From assembly GCA_009914755.4 (NCBI GenBank), contig CP068257.2:29984001-30048000 (forward strand): a stretch of DNA of 64,000 nt, given 5' to 3'. Source of the DNA: the human T2T-CHM13v2.0 reference genome, Homo sapiens. The position numbers and the translations under genes are program-made. Position 1 is the first letter of the stretch. Each line of letters begins with the position of its first letter. Below, piece after piece: positions 39,451 to 54,646 of this stretch. The notes beneath the pieces are model-generated. The model searched no databases. It worked only from the letters and a program-made list of their open reading frames with translations, and was not told where the DNA came from.

Positions 39451-40234
39451 CAAAATAAAACAAGAACGTTGAATAGGCTGTGTGTTAATTCTGAGATGGA
39501 GTCCAGACTTAAGAATGATCCTGAGGCTTAGACCCATATCCAAGAGGATGATTCCAGCCTGGCACTTATAGGTTCTTCAGGCACTTCAGATGCACCCTGT
39601 CCTGAATTAAGCCCTTTGTCCTTGAACCTGCTTTCCTTGGTAAACAGCACCAAGGGGGCTAGAAACCTGGGGGCTGCCCTTACCTTCCCTCTCTCACCAT
39701 GCACCTCTAATGGGTGGCTGGACTTGTGGTTGCATTTCCGTGATCTCCCAGCTTTCTTCCAGTGATGGCCTTAGGTGGGCTCTTATCCTGTCTCCCAAAT
39801 GGCCTCTCTGCCTTGAGTCTCACCCCATCTGCTCTCAGTCCACCCACTGAGCTATTCCAGAGACCATTCTGACTCCCTGTGGACACCCCTCTGGTGGCTT
39901 CTCCTCTCTGTCAGTTAGAAATTGCTTTTGACTGCATGTAACAAATGTGGTTACGCTATTTAACCAAATAAAGGTTTATTTTTCTCGTGATGAAAAGTAC
40001 ACAGATAAGCAGCCTACTTCCATCGATAACCATTGAGGGTTTCTTATGACTCTTACAGCAATGAAATGTGTATTTACAGTATAAAGATATACAATTTTAA
40101 GGTTTTAATATAATTGGGCCTAAGCACAGTATTTTTTGTTTTAGTTTTCAACTGCCCAGGTGATTCTATTGTGCAGCCAGGGTTGATAAACACTGCATCT
40201 AGGCCCAGTGCCTTTGATTTGCAGCTGAGGTCTA

Positions 40235-40390
<156 letters not shown>

Positions 40391-40569
40391 CTGGTCTACC
40401 TTTTTGCCCACCTTTTAACCACAGAGGTCCCCAAACATGAATTTTCACTCTCAGGAAGGCTGAAATGACACATTACAAGCGGTTTAGTCATCTGCACGTG
40501 CCGCCATCTGATTTAAGGCATCTATTCCTCCTCACCATTCCTGACAAAGTTGAACTGTCTACATGTGCC

Positions 40570-40700
40570 ACATTCTCCTCTTTCTCTAATTCCTTCCCTC
40601 CTTCCCTCCTCCCTTTCTTCCCTCCCTCCCTCCTTCCTTCTTCTTTCTCTTTCTTTTTCTTTCTCTCTTTCTCTTTCTTTCTCTTTCTCTCTCACTCTCT
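40570..40700. repeat. Polypyrimidine (TCCC/TTCC/CTTT/CTCTTT)n simple-repeat tract
   Basis: ttctctaattccttccctccttccctcctccctttcttccctccctccctccttccttcttctttctctttctttttctttctctctttctctttctttctctttctctctcactctcttttcttcttt. Confidence 0.95.
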
Positions 40701-40801
40701 TTTCTTCTTTCTGACAGGGTTTGCCTGTTCTGCTTCTTTAAACCCTGGGGTTCAAGTGCAAAGGTCCCTCTCATCTGATTTCCCTATTTTATTTTATTTA
40801 A

Positions 40802-41068
<267 letters not shown>

Positions 41069-41343
41069 TAAAGACCTGGAAGGCAGGTTGAAATGTGGAA
41101 TTCTTGGACTTCTTTCAGTTCTACGTAGAAGGGTAGCAGTGGAGAGCTGGCTGCCTGCCCGTCCCTGGCCTTTCCTCCTTTCCCCACCCCTGCTCCTTGT
41201 GGCACTGGGCAGGGCCTACGTTCAAGGCTAGCAGTGTACTCAACAAGGGACAGTCCCTGTGTGGCCTGTTCAGGATCCTATACACAGGCTCAGGGCTCTT
41301 TGGGCAGGAAATTCCAGGATCCGGGTACTCAAGTGGTGTTCTA

Positions 41344-41703
<360 letters not shown>

Positions 41704-42554
41704 TTATTTTTGGTTATCCCAGCCTGGCAGGGAGGGACAGGGTATTACTGGCATCTAGTGAGTAGGGGCTAGGGATTCTACTGAACATCCTACAGTGTAC
41801 AGGACAGCCTCCACAGCAAAGAACTGTCTGGCCCAAAATGTCCATAGTGCCCACATTCGATGCCCTGCATTAGGAAGATATAAATACTCTTAAATATCAC
41901 AGAGTTAAATTCCTTACCCCTGTTCTAGCAGAGATGATATTCTTGCGGGGGGAGCATCTTCTTGGCTTCAACACATTCTTTTCTCCATGGGAGATGATGC
42001 CAGAAGAGGGACAGAACAGGGCCCAGTAAAGCATGGGGCCTGGGGCCAGGGACCCCCTTGTTCAGGTGTGACGACCATCCTACGAAGGCACCACCCAGGC
42101 ATCATTAGACCGTCTCAAAAGAAGAGTAATTCACTGTCCCAAAGCAGCTCTCTCGTGTCTGTGGGCGGATCCCTTGGCAAGTTTACAATGAACTGAAATC
42201 TGCCGAACTTCCTGGAACCCAAAGAAACTTTAGCCTTGGGCAAAGGCCCTTTGGCCAGCATTTGCACTGTTTATGCAACCGTTTAGAATATACGAATTAT
42301 CTGGAGACTACTACCAAATACAACAGGCAAAACTGCAAATATGTATACTTCCTAGAGGATGATAAAAAAATGTGAATTGTATTTCTCTGATAGAGGATGC
42401 ATTAGAGTCTGAGGGTCTAAATAGCGTAAATAATAAATAAGTAAATAAATCGATAGTAGTGTACTCCAAACGAGGCTGGAATAGCTTCTATTGTTGTTTC
42501 ACACTGGACTTCAATTAAGTCTCAGTATTTTGCCATACTCAATATTAAGTACTA

Positions 42555-42860
<306 letters not shown>

Positions 42861-43559
42861 CCTCGCCCCGGACAAAAGTAGTTTGCACTATTTTCTCATT
42901 TCACAATATGTTTTTGAAATATTTCCCTTGAAAGGTAAGTCATATTTATCATTCCTGTTGTATGGAGGCATCATAAATTATTTCACCATTCTACCCTCCT
43001 TGAGTGTTGTGGCCTTTAGGCCAGACAAAAACGCAGGTGATGCCTAGAAGCCAACTAGTTGCCGTTTGGTTATCTGTAGGGTTGTGGCCTTGCCAAACAG
43101 GAAAAATATAAAAAGAATACCGAATTCTGCCAACCAAATAAGAAACTCTATACTAAGGACTAAGAAAATTGCAGGGGAAGAAAAGGTAAGTCCCGGGATT
43201 GAGGTGTAGCGACTTTCTATACCCTCAGAAAACTAAAAAACAAGACAAAAAAATGAAAACTACAAAAGCATCCATCTTGGGGCGTCCCAATTGCTGAGTA
43301 ACAAATGAGACGCTGTGGCCAAACTCAGTCATAACTAATGACATTTCTAGACAAAGTGACTTCAGATTTTCAAAGCGTACCCTGTTTACATCATTTTGCC
43401 AATTTCGCGTACTGCAACCGGCGGGCCACGCCCCCGTGAAAAGAAGGTTGTTTTCTCCACATTTCGGGGTTCTGGACGTTTCCCGGCTGCGGGGCGGGGG
43501 GAGTCTCCGGCGCACGCGGCCCCTTGGCCCCGCCCCCAGTCATTCCCGGCCACTCGCGA

Positions 43560-43700
43560 CCCGAGGCTGCCGCAGGGGGCGGGCTGAGCGCGTGCGAGGC
43601 GATTGGTTTGGGGCCAGAGTGGGCGAGGCGCGGAGGTCTGGCCTATAAAGTAGTCGCGGAGACGGGGTGCTGGTTTGCGTCGTAGTCTCCTGCAGCGTCT
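43560..43700 (+). promoter_or_regulatory. SOD1: SOD1 core promoter with GC box, inverted CCAAT and TATA box; transcription start about 25-45 bp downstream of the TATA
   Basis: Seen in sequence: GC box gggggcggg at about 43,576-43,584; gcgATTGGtttgg at 43,602-43,606; ggccTATAAAgtag at 43,635-43,640. The following sequence, gtagtcgcggagacggggtgctggtttgcgtcgtagtctcctgcagcgtctgg, is the known SOD1 5'UTR and leads to the ATG at 43,754. Confidence 0.85.
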
Positions 43701-43753
43701 GGGGTTTCCGTTGCAGTCCTCGGAACCAGGACCTCGGCGTGGCCTAGCGAGTT

Positions 43754-43825
43754 ATGGCGACGAAGGCCGTGTGCGTGCTGAAGGGCGACGGCCCAGTGCA
43801 GGGCATCATCAATTTCGAGCAGAAG
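43754..43825 (+). CDS. SOD1: SOD1 exon 1 coding part (Met1-Lys24: [24 protein letters not shown]), phase 0 end
   Basis: ATG at 43,754-43,756. The 24 codons match the human Cu/Zn-SOD N-terminus exactly. The exon ends ...CAG AAG and is followed by gcaagg, a GC donor. The next exon must start on a full codon (GAA AGT AAT GGA), which it does. Confidence 0.97.
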
Positions 43826-45277
43826 GCAAGGGCTGGGACGGAGGCTTGTTTGCGAGGCCGCTCCCACCCGCTCGTCCCCCCGCGCACCTTTGCTAGGAGC
43901 GGGTCGCCCGCCAGGCCTCGGGGCCGCCCTGGTCCAGCGCCCGGTCCCGGCCCGTGCCGCCCGGTCGGTGCCTTCGCCCCCAGCGGTGCGGTGCCCAAGT
44001 GCTGAGTCACCGGGCGGGCCCGGGCGCGGGGCGTGGGACCGAGGCCGCCGCGGGGCTGGGCCTGCGCGTGGCGGGAGCGCGGGGAGGGATTGCCGCGGGC
44101 CGGGGAGGGGCGGGGGCGGGCGTGCTGCCCTCTGTGGTCCTTGGGCCGCCGCCGCGGGTCTGTCGTGGTGCCTGGAGCGGCTGTGCTCGTCCCTTGCTTG
44201 GCCGTGTTCTCGTTCCTGAGGGTCCCGCGGACACCGAGTGGCGCAGTGCCAGGCCCAGCCCGGGGATGGCGACTGCGCCTGGGCCCGCCTGGTGTCTTCG
44301 CATCCCTCTCCGCTTTCCGGCTTCAGCGCTCTAGGTCAGGGAGTCTTCGCTTTTGTACAGCTCTAAGGCTAGGAATGGTTTTTATATTTTTAAAAGGCTT
44401 TGGAAAACAAAAATACGCAACAGAGACCGTTTGTGTGACACTTTGCAGGGAAGTTTGCTGGCCTCTGTTCTAGGTCATGATTGGGCTGCAAGGGCAGAGA
44501 AGGTAGCCTTGAACAGAGGTCCTTTTCCTCCTCCTAAGCTCCGGGAGCCAGAGGTTTAACTGACCCTTTTGGGGATTTTTGAGGGCAGTGATCTTAACTT
44601 TGGGTGCACAGTTAGCTTATTTGAAGATCTTACTAAAAATACACCAGAGCCCAACCTCCGACCAATTACATCAAAACCTGTCCTAGTGCAGGGTGAGTAT
44701 TGCTGTTTTTTGAAAGTTTCCAAAAGTGATTTTGATGTGCACCTACGATTGAGAACTGTCGTTTGAGGACAGTGGGTGGAGTTTCGTATTTGGAAATTAG
44801 AAGACCTGGAGTTTCCATTACACCGAATTGGCACTTAATAACTGTTGTCGGAGCATTTCTTAAGCCACATTTTCGTAAAGTGGCTTTAAAATTGCTCTGC
44901 CAGTAGGCAGGTTGCTAAGATGGTCAGAGACAAACTTCTGAACGACTCTTGTAAAATATACAGAAATATTTTCAGAACTTTTATCAGTAAAATTACAAAA
45001 CGTGTTGCAAGGAAGGTGCTTGTGATAACACTGTCCCCAGAACCTTAGTGAAGTTACCAACTGGTGGAAAATTTTCTCTTGCACTCGGCTTAAAAATCAT
45101 GAGGGAATATTTACTATACGAATGAGATTCAGTCTTTAAAGGGGTTTACAGAAACGTGAGAGGACAGGAACAGTTAGTCTGTGTAAATGTCTGAAATATA
45201 TGTGAGGGAGATAATGAGTTTAGCCTTTTTCTTTAATAGGTCTCCAGATTTTCTGGAAAAGGTTCTTTGGCATTTGA

Positions 45278-45645
<368 letters not shown>

Positions 45646-46717
45646 ACCAGTGCTATTCTTAAGACGCCTCTGAGGAATCCCTTCTCCCTGGCCATTGAGA
45701 ATCCATGCATGAACCCAGGTTTTCCACCTTCCCTGAGCAGCTTGCATAGTTCCTTCTTTTAAGCGCCTGACTTCGTTTTGTTTGGTGCCCGTTGTACCTG
45801 AGAATGAGCCTTGGATAGTGGAGCATTCCAGCTTTCCAGATATGCAGAGATAATACATTGGCTATCAGCTACTTGGCTTGGCCTATTCCGTGTTTAAAAT
45901 CTTGGACTCTTTGCTAGTTTTTACAGATCAGAATTTTTCACGTATTAATCCAGTTTTCCTAGCTTCTCTTGAAGAATTTTTGGAGATCTCTTCATACTGA
46001 GCCTTCATTAGCCCAGGACAGTACTGCTGTAGCAGTTCATATATTTTTTCGCTTCCCAGGCCTGTGTTATTCACTTAAGTTCATAGCCTGGTCCCTGCAG
46101 GGTTGTACCCGAGCACAGCTACTTAGATGTCCTGAATGTATTACCGGTTAAATGGAGGTTTCAAAGAACCTGCTGTTTTTGGCCCTGTGCTCTTGATAAC
46201 AGAGTGTTTGAGGGACAACTTTCACATTTGAGTTTTTCCAAAATTAAAGGTTGTAGAAGAGTCACAGTATCTATTGTCAAAAAGAAAAGAATTTAAAAAG
46301 GCAGCAATTGCCAGGATACTTCATTTGAGCAATGATATTTTCCAGTGGAAAGTCACATCTTAAGGGTTAATGCCCCTTAACTGTTGGCCGTATTTGAAAA
46401 CAAACCAAGCTAAAAACAAGAGACACTGACATGTTGTATGACGGTGTGGTGTGGATGTTGTGTTTATTTTAGTCCTGAGATCTAGTTGTAACTTCCTTGA
46501 TTTCTGTATGTAGCCACGGAGCACCATTACCTGTCACCATTACCTGAATGGCTATACTGCTTGCTTTCATTTTGGTAGAGTGGAAAGGTTACCTAGGTTT
46601 CAGTGCTTGAAAAGATTTCAGAAAGCAGTAGTACGTCTGGTTAGACTAGAATCAGTCCTCTCCTGGGGGCAGTGGAATATAATATTTTCTGACTGCTAAT
46701 TAAAAATACCTGTGATA

Positions 46718-47012
46718 GCCGGGCGTGGTGGCTTACGCCTGTAATCCCAGCACTTTGGGAGGCCGAGACGGGTGGATCACGAGGTCAGCAGATGGAGACC
46801 ATCCTGGCTAACACGGTGAAACCCCGTCTCTACTAAAAATGCAAAAAAATTAGCCGGGTGTGGTGGTGGGCGCCTGTAGTCCCAGCTACTCAGGAGGCTG
46901 AGGCAGGAGAATGGCATGAACCTGGGAGGCGGAGCTTGCAGTGAGCCGAGATCATGTCACTGCACTCCAGCCTGGGCGACAGAGCGAGACTCGTCTCAAA
47001 AAAAAAAAGAAA
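46718..47012 (+). mobile_element. Alu (+) in SOD1 intron 1
   Basis: agccgggcgtggtggcttacgcctgtaatcccagcactttgggaggccgagacgggtggatcacgaggtcagcagatggagacc...gagactcgtctcaaaaaaaaaagaaaaaaa. Confidence 0.9.
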
Positions 47013-47217
47013 AAAACTTATGATGGACACTTAAAAACACTCACTGAGTGGGGAGTGGAGAGCAGGGGTCCCAGGGTAGCCTGTTGGACATTTCCAGGGC
47101 GACTTTTTCTTTTTTTTTTTTTAAAGTCAAGTGAGTATGCCATATGGAAAAGGGTGTGCGTGGAGAAAAAGCAAGGGGCTCCAGAGTGTAGGATGAGACA
47201 TACACCTTTTGGGTTAA

Positions 47218-47335
47218 AAAGGCTGAGGCAGGAGAATGGCGTGAACCCGGGAGGCGGAGCTTGCAGTGAGCTGAGATCATGCCACTGCACTCCAGCCTGG
47301 GCGACAGAGCGAGACTCTTGTCTCAAAATAAAAAA
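47218..47335 (+). mobile_element. Partial Alu (right arm, +) in SOD1 intron 1, about 440 bp upstream of exon 2
   Basis: aaaggctgaggcaggagaatggcgtgaacccgggaggcggagcttgcagtgagctgagatcatgccactgcactccagcctgggcgacagagcgagactcttgtctcaaaataaaaaa. Confidence 0.85.
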
Positions 47336-47719
47336 CGTTTACATGTACATGTATATTCAACATGTACAAATATAACCTATTCAAAAGTATTTACTACATA
47401 AATAGGTACTTACATTACCTATTTACTGTAATAGTCAAAGCCTATGAAGTATCTAACACTGATGTGTAGGTACTCACTTTGCTTGCCACTCTATTAGGTG
47501 CTTTTTATGTTATTTAATCATGAAGCCTGGCCACAGGGTGCTTGTGCATTGAGTGTGGGAACAAGATTACCATCTCCCTTTTGAGGACACAGGCCTAGAG
47601 CAGTTAAGCAGCTTGCTGGAGGTTCACTGGCTAGAAAGTGGTCAGCCTGGGATTTGGACACAGATTTTTCCACTCCCAAGTCTGGCTGCTTTTTACTTCA
47701 CTGTGAGGGGTAAAGGTAA

Positions 47720-47911
<192 letters not shown>

Positions 47912-47967
47912 TAGTTAGATAAACAGTAGAGTAGCCCCTAAACGTTAAAACCCCTCAACTTGTTTTT

Positions 47968-48255
47968 GTTTTTGAGAAAGGGTCTTGCTCTGTCGCTCAG
48001 GCTGGAGTGCAGTGGCGCTGTGCGATCATGGCTGACCTTAGCCTTGACCTCCCAGGCTCCATTGATCCTCATGCCTTGGCCCGTAGCTGGGACTACAGGT
48101 ACACACCACCACGCCTGGCTAATTTTTGTATTTTTTTCTAGAGGTGGGGTTTCATCATGTTGCCCAGGCTGGTCTTGAACTGCTGGGCTCAAGTGGTCTA
48201 TCCTCCTCGACCTCCCAAAGTGCTGGGATTACATGTGTGAGCCACTGTGCCTGGG
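47968..48255 (-). mobile_element. Alu (-) in SOD1 intron 2, about 100 bp downstream of exon 2
   Basis: tttttgtttttgagaaagggtcttgctctgtcgctcaggctggagtgcagtggcgctgtgcgatcatggctgacc...gggattacatgtgtgagccactgtgcctgg. Confidence 0.9.
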
Positions 48256-48604
48256 AAAACCCTCAACTTTTCTTTTAAAAAAGAGGTCAACTTTATTGTA
48301 TATAAGCACTGTGCTAAAATTGCAGGAACTGGGACCATATCCTGATTTTTGTAATAATGCCAGCAGAGTACACACAAGAAAAGTAACTGCACTAGATTGT
48401 GAAGACTGGGGTGGACCTGCTTCTGAAGGTCCAGTGCCCTTTGTCTTAAGATTTGGTGTAGTGTGTCTTTAGAAACCAAAAAAAGAGAAGAAGATCAACC
48501 TTAAGATTAGCCACAAAACTGGGCTTTGATACCTAGGTGTGGAAAAGAAAGGGAAAGAGTTGATGTTTTGTCTTACAGCATCATTGTAGAAGAGGGTGTT
48601 TTTT

Positions 48605-48935
<331 letters not shown>

Positions 48936-49916
48936 TAAAAACTTGGGCTCTTAACTTTTGTAATGATCCCAGGTGTTTGAGCTGGGGGTTGAGGGTGGGT
49001 GCCTCGAGCAAAGGGGCTGCATTTATTTGCATAATGCCATGTAAGAGTAGCTCTACACCCCAAACACAGGCTTCTTAGTGGGACCAAAGTATGATACAAA
49101 CTGAAGATGGAATGCAGAGGATTATTGGTACTTTGGAATATGCTTAAAAAAATTTTTTTTAAAGTATTTTTAAAAAATCAGGCAACCCCTGAACCAGAGT
49201 AGGTTCAGAGAAACTGCCAAATTTTATTTTCTTAGTTTGGGATTGGAAGCAAGTTAACAGAAGTTTATGAGTTAAGTTGCATTTAGTGATCTTTTGCCAT
49301 ATTTGAGTAATAATCTGATTTTTTTGTTTATAGATTTCTTCTTAAATTAACTTTATTCATCTTGCTAATTTAGTTTCAAATAGTGATTTGTAATGATCAG
49401 ATTTGATCCATTTCTGTAATTGCTGAAATTCCCCCGAGTTGCTTTTTGGCTTTACCGCCTCTGGTCTGGGAGGTGATTGCTCTGCTGCTTCCTGTAACTT
49501 GCCTGCCTTTCTCCCTGTGTGGGACTCCTGCGGGTGAGAGCGTGGCTGAAGACAGCCGTGTTATGAAAGGGCCTCCTGTGCTGTCGAGGTTGTGCTCTGT
49601 GAATGTCATCCCCTGGTGCACAGCAGCACCTTCTACACAGGATACAGTTGGAATGCCGCCCCCTCGAGTTGTGTAAGGCAGCAGCCTTGGCCCTTGCACA
49701 TAAGATGCTGTTGAATATTCTGCCTGCACCAAGTAAAGGGCACAGATAGAACTGCTTGGCATATGTTGCTGGGGAGATGAGTTTTTTGTAAAGTATACTA
49801 CGTTCTTAAGAATTTGGATCATAACCATGGGATTTTAATAATAGAAAAACTGTTGAAGATCAGTCTGGTCCCTTATTTTTACAGTGAAGAAGCCAAAGCC
49901 CAGAGAAGGGTGTTAA

Positions 49917-50258
<342 letters not shown>

Positions 50259-50432
50259 TAGACTTGTTTCTGTTCCCTTCTCACTGTGGCTGTACCAAGG
50301 TGTTGCTTATCCCAGAAGTCGTGATGCAGGTCAGCACTTTCTCCATGGGAAGTTTTAGCAGTGTTTCTTTTTAGAATGTATTTGGGAACTTTAATTCATA
50401 ATTTAGCTTTTTTTTCTTCTTCTTATAAATAG

Positions 50433-50502
50433 GCTGTACCAGTGCAGGTCCTCACTTTAATCCTCTATCCAGAAAACACGGTGGGCCAAAGGATGAAGAG
50501 AG
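50433..50502 (+). CDS. SOD1: SOD1 exon 3 (70 nt: (G)CTSAGPHFNPLSRKHGGPKDEE + first 2 bases of Arg)
   Basis: Acceptor tcttataaatAG|GCTGTACC; donor GAAGAGAG|gtaacaag. Frame is continuous (G from exon 2 + GC gives Gly). Confidence 0.97.
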
Positions 50503-51224
50503 GTAACAAGATGCTTAACTCTTGTAATAATGGCGATAGCTTTCTGGAGTTCATATGGTATACTACTTGTAAATATGTGCTAAGATAATTCCGTGTTTCC
50601 CCCACCTTTGCTTTTGAACTTGCTGACTCATCTAAACCCCTGCTCCCAAATGCTGGAATGCTTTTACTTCCTGGGCTTAAAGGAATTGACAAATGGGGAC
50701 ACTTAAAACGATTTGGTTTTGTAGCATTTATTGAATATAGAACTAATACAAGTGCCAAAGGGGAACTAATACAGGAAATGTCATGAACAGTACTGTCAAC
50801 CACTAGCAAAATCAATCATCATTGTGAAACATAGGAAGCTTCTGTAGATAAAAAAAAAAATTGATACTGAAAACTAGTCGAGACTCCATTTATATGTGTA
50901 TGTTTTCTGAAAGCCTTTCAGAAAAATATTAAATTTAAGGACAAGATTTTTATATCAGAGGCCTTGGGACATAGCTTTGTTAGCTATGCCAGTAATTAAC
51001 AGGCATAACTCAGTAACTGAGAGTTTACCCTTTGGTACTTCTGAAATCAGGTGCAGCCCCATCTTTCTTCCCAGAGCATTAGTGTGTAGACGTGAAGCCT
51101 TGTTTGAAGAGCTGTATTTAGAATGCCTAGCTACTTGTTTGCAAATTTGTGTCTACTCAGTCAAGTTTTAATTTAGCTCATGAACTACCTTGATGTTTAG
51201 TGGCATCAGCCCTAATCCATCTGA

Positions 51225-51431
<207 letters not shown>

Positions 51432-52441
51432 TAGTCGCGGTTTCTAAAGATCCAGATAAACTGTACTTGCAGTTCAAATTAGGAAAAGCAATTTTATTGG
51501 ACAATTACGGTGAAAATGAATTATTTTATCTAGGTCAGTTAAGAACACTGTTCTGCTAAGATGCAGTAAAAAGCAGGTTACATTTGACCATATTAGATCT
51601 GAGTTTGGAAAACAGAAGTAGTCTTTAGTTTTAAAATGGCCAGATTTTCTTGCCAGGATTGGGTTTCTCACTTGTTAAACAGAACATTTTGTTAAGTTTA
51701 AAACCTGGGATGGACTTAAGTATTCATGTTCATTCATGTTCATTCAGGACTGCAGGTTATCATGACTTGTTTAACTTGTGGGAAGCTGTTGTCCCAAGTT
51801 ATCCTGGGGAACTGCATCTGGTTCTTGCAAAATACCAAGTAGACAGGCTCTCTTTTACCTCCCCTTGAGGGCATTAACATTCAGTAGTCACTTCCATTCA
51901 GTTAACCCTTTATTTTTATGGTTTTTCTTGAGCCATAGTTGTAAAGCAGAAAAATCATTTATAAAGGTTTGTTGAACAAAATTCAAAATACTGTTGCTAA
52001 AGTATTAAGATTTTTTAGGATTATACCTTACTTATAGGCCTGTCATTCATTTGGCATGAAATTTTGAGTTTTATTCACTTTCACTTTCCTTTTTTTCCAA
52101 AGCAATTAAAAAAACTGCCAAAGTAAGAGTGACTGCGGAACTAAGGTTACTGTAACTTACCATGGAGGATTAAGGGTAGCGTGTGGTGGTCTACAACATA
52201 GTTATTTGGGTTTTAGTATTTCATTTAGACAGCAACACTTACCTAATGTTTAAAGGTAATGTCTTTGCAACACCAAGAAAAAGCTTTGAGTAGTAGTTTC
52301 TACTTTTAAACTACTAAATATTAGTATATCTCTCTACTAGGATTAATGTTATTTTTCTAATATTATGAGGTTCTTAAACATCTTTTGGGTATTGTTGGGA
52401 GGAGGTAGTGATTACTTGACAGCCCAAAGTTATCTTCTTAA

Positions 52442-52561
<120 letters not shown>

Positions 52562-52912
52562 ACATTCCCTTGGATGTAGTCTGAGGCCCCTTAACTCATC
52601 TGTTATCCTGCTAGCTGTAGAAATGTATCCTGATAAACATTAAACACTGTAATCTTAAAAGTGTAATTGTGTGACTTTTTCAGAGTTGCTTTAAAGTACC
52701 TGTAGTGAGAAACTGATTTATGATCACTTGGAAGATTTGTATAGTTTTATAAAACTCAGTTAAAATGTCTGTTTCAATGACCTGTATTTTGCCAGACTTA
52801 AATCACAGATGGGTATTAAACTTGTCAGAATTTCTTTGTCATTCAAGCCTGTGAATAAAAACCCTGTATGGCACTTATTATGAGGCTATTAAAAGAATCC
52901 AAATTCAAACTA
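52562..52912 (+). other. SOD1: SOD1 3'UTR with poly(A) signal AATAAA at 52,854-52,859 and cleavage region about 52,905-52,915
   Basis: The sequence after the stop (acattcccttggatgtagtctgaggcccc ... gcctgtgAATAAAaaccctgtatggcacttattatgaggctattaaaagaatccaaattcaaactaaa) matches the known 3' end of SOD1 mRNA. Confidence 0.85.
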
Positions 52913-54621
52913 AATTAGCTCTGATACTTATTTATATAAACAGCTTCAGTGGAACAGATTTAGTAATACTAACAGTGATAGCATTTTATTTTGAAAGTGT
53001 TTTGAGACCATCAAAATGCATACTTTAAAACAGCAGGTCTTTTAGCTAAAACTAACACAACTCTGCTTAGACAAATAGGCTGTCCTTTGAAAGCTTTAGG
53101 GAAATGTTCCTGCTTAGTCATTTTAGCATTTTGATTCATAAAGTACCTCCTCATTTTAAAAAGACATTATGATGTAAGAGAGCCATTTGATAACTTTTTA
53201 GTGAGCTTTGAAAGGCAAGTTACAGCCTCAGCTAGCTAGTAAGATTATCTACCTGCCAGAATGGCACAAATTCTACATTCAAGGGTAGACGCTGGCACAA
53301 CCTACTTACAGATTAGCCCTTTAAAGCAATCTGTAGCATTAGAAGATGGAACCAAGGAAATGTTTGACTGTGGGTTCTGGCTGTTGAGAAATAATTTACA
53401 CACCGAATTAGTGAAATGAGTCACTTTCTCTTAATGTATTTATGTACCTGAGAGAATGCTTTTCAATGTTAACCTAACTCAGGTTTGACTAAATTATTCA
53501 ATTGGAAATTGTAGAATATTATTTCTGATAAACCAGAAATAAGTGAAATGCTGTTTGTTCATAAATATGTACTTTATCAAATGTAGGAGAGATCATTTAG
53601 GAGAGGAAAAGCTAAATTGGAAGACAAATCTGTAGTGTTTCCAAAGTTTTAAAATTATGGTAAACAACAGTATGTTCACAGTAAGTGGTTAAAACAACCA
53701 TTCTTTAAATCTCAGTAGAGAATTTTTAAAAAGCAGTATTTAACACATTTCCCTAATGTAGTTTGTTGCCTATGTGGAATAACTCAATTAGAGACTCACT
53801 TATGCCTTTTGAAACTTCAAATATAATTACACTACCAGTTTTTACATGTGCATATAGGATGGTCCCAATACTTTAAATTGGAAATACAGGCTGTAAGTCC
53901 TTCAAGTCTGGATGTTGGGTAATCACGTTTTCTTCCAGAAGCCATTTGTTAGGACTTTAAAACTTCTCAGTGGGCCAGTGTAAAATTAAGGACAAGTTTT
54001 ATAATTTAAATTTACAGATAAATATAAAACAATTTTCTCTCATTTTCTAAAGGCAGGAATATAAGGACATTGCCCTAGATATATTCTCCCCATCAAACCA
54101 AAGGTCTTGCTGCTGAGTATTATTTAAAAACCAGAGTAATAAAGCAGCTTCGCCTGAGGATGAAGGCAAAGACAAAGTTAACTGCTCAGCATACTGAAAC
54201 CAGGAGTTTGAAAAAGTAATTCAAAACAACTTCAAGGCCATAAATACTTGGATAGTGTGACATCAGGTCTTGGCACTGGATTTCCTGCAATTTCAGATGA
54301 AGGCTTGACTTGGCTTTAGATGTTTTCATGTGATAATTCTTGGATAACCTACAACGATTTTTCCTATTTAACCCACCAACTTTAAGCAAAAGAAAGAACG
54401 TATATGTGGGGGAAAAGTTCGTTTACCTCTGCCCCGCAGGGGAATTAAAACGCTGGTGAAGAAAGGCAACAGGCAAGGCTTATATAAGGAAACAGTAGTA
54501 GGCTGCACTGAAGTCCTCAAACACAACAAAAAGCTCTTAGGTTGCAAATGTTAACCTTGATTCTTTTACCCTTTTGAAAAATTCAATGGGATGGTTGGGA
54601 AAAAAAAAAAACCACAGACAC

Positions 54622-54646
54622 ACACACACACACACGCAACCTTCTA
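54622..54646. repeat. (CA)n dinucleotide microsatellite preceded by (A)11, in the SOD1-SCAF4 intergenic interval
   Basis: gggaaaaaaaaaaaaccacagacacacacacacacacacgcaacc. Confidence 0.9.

Larger units (their letters stand above)
43380..44340. promoter_or_regulatory. SOD1: CpG island spanning the SOD1 promoter, exon 1 and the 5' part of intron 1
   Basis: Very high G+C and CpG density (runs of cgcg, gcgggg, ccgcgg) against an AT/Alu-rich background. Many overlapping ORFs on both strands in the track are GC artefacts. Confidence 0.85.

Noticed and set aside
43396-44473. Many overlapping ORFs around SOD1 exon 1, including 146-aa and 126-aa ORFs in intron 1
   Set aside because: CpG-island composition artefact. 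Only 43,754-43,825 is coding: the SOD1 protein sequence continues in exon 2 at 47,774, not in the read-through frame (which gives ...[17 protein letters not shown]...).
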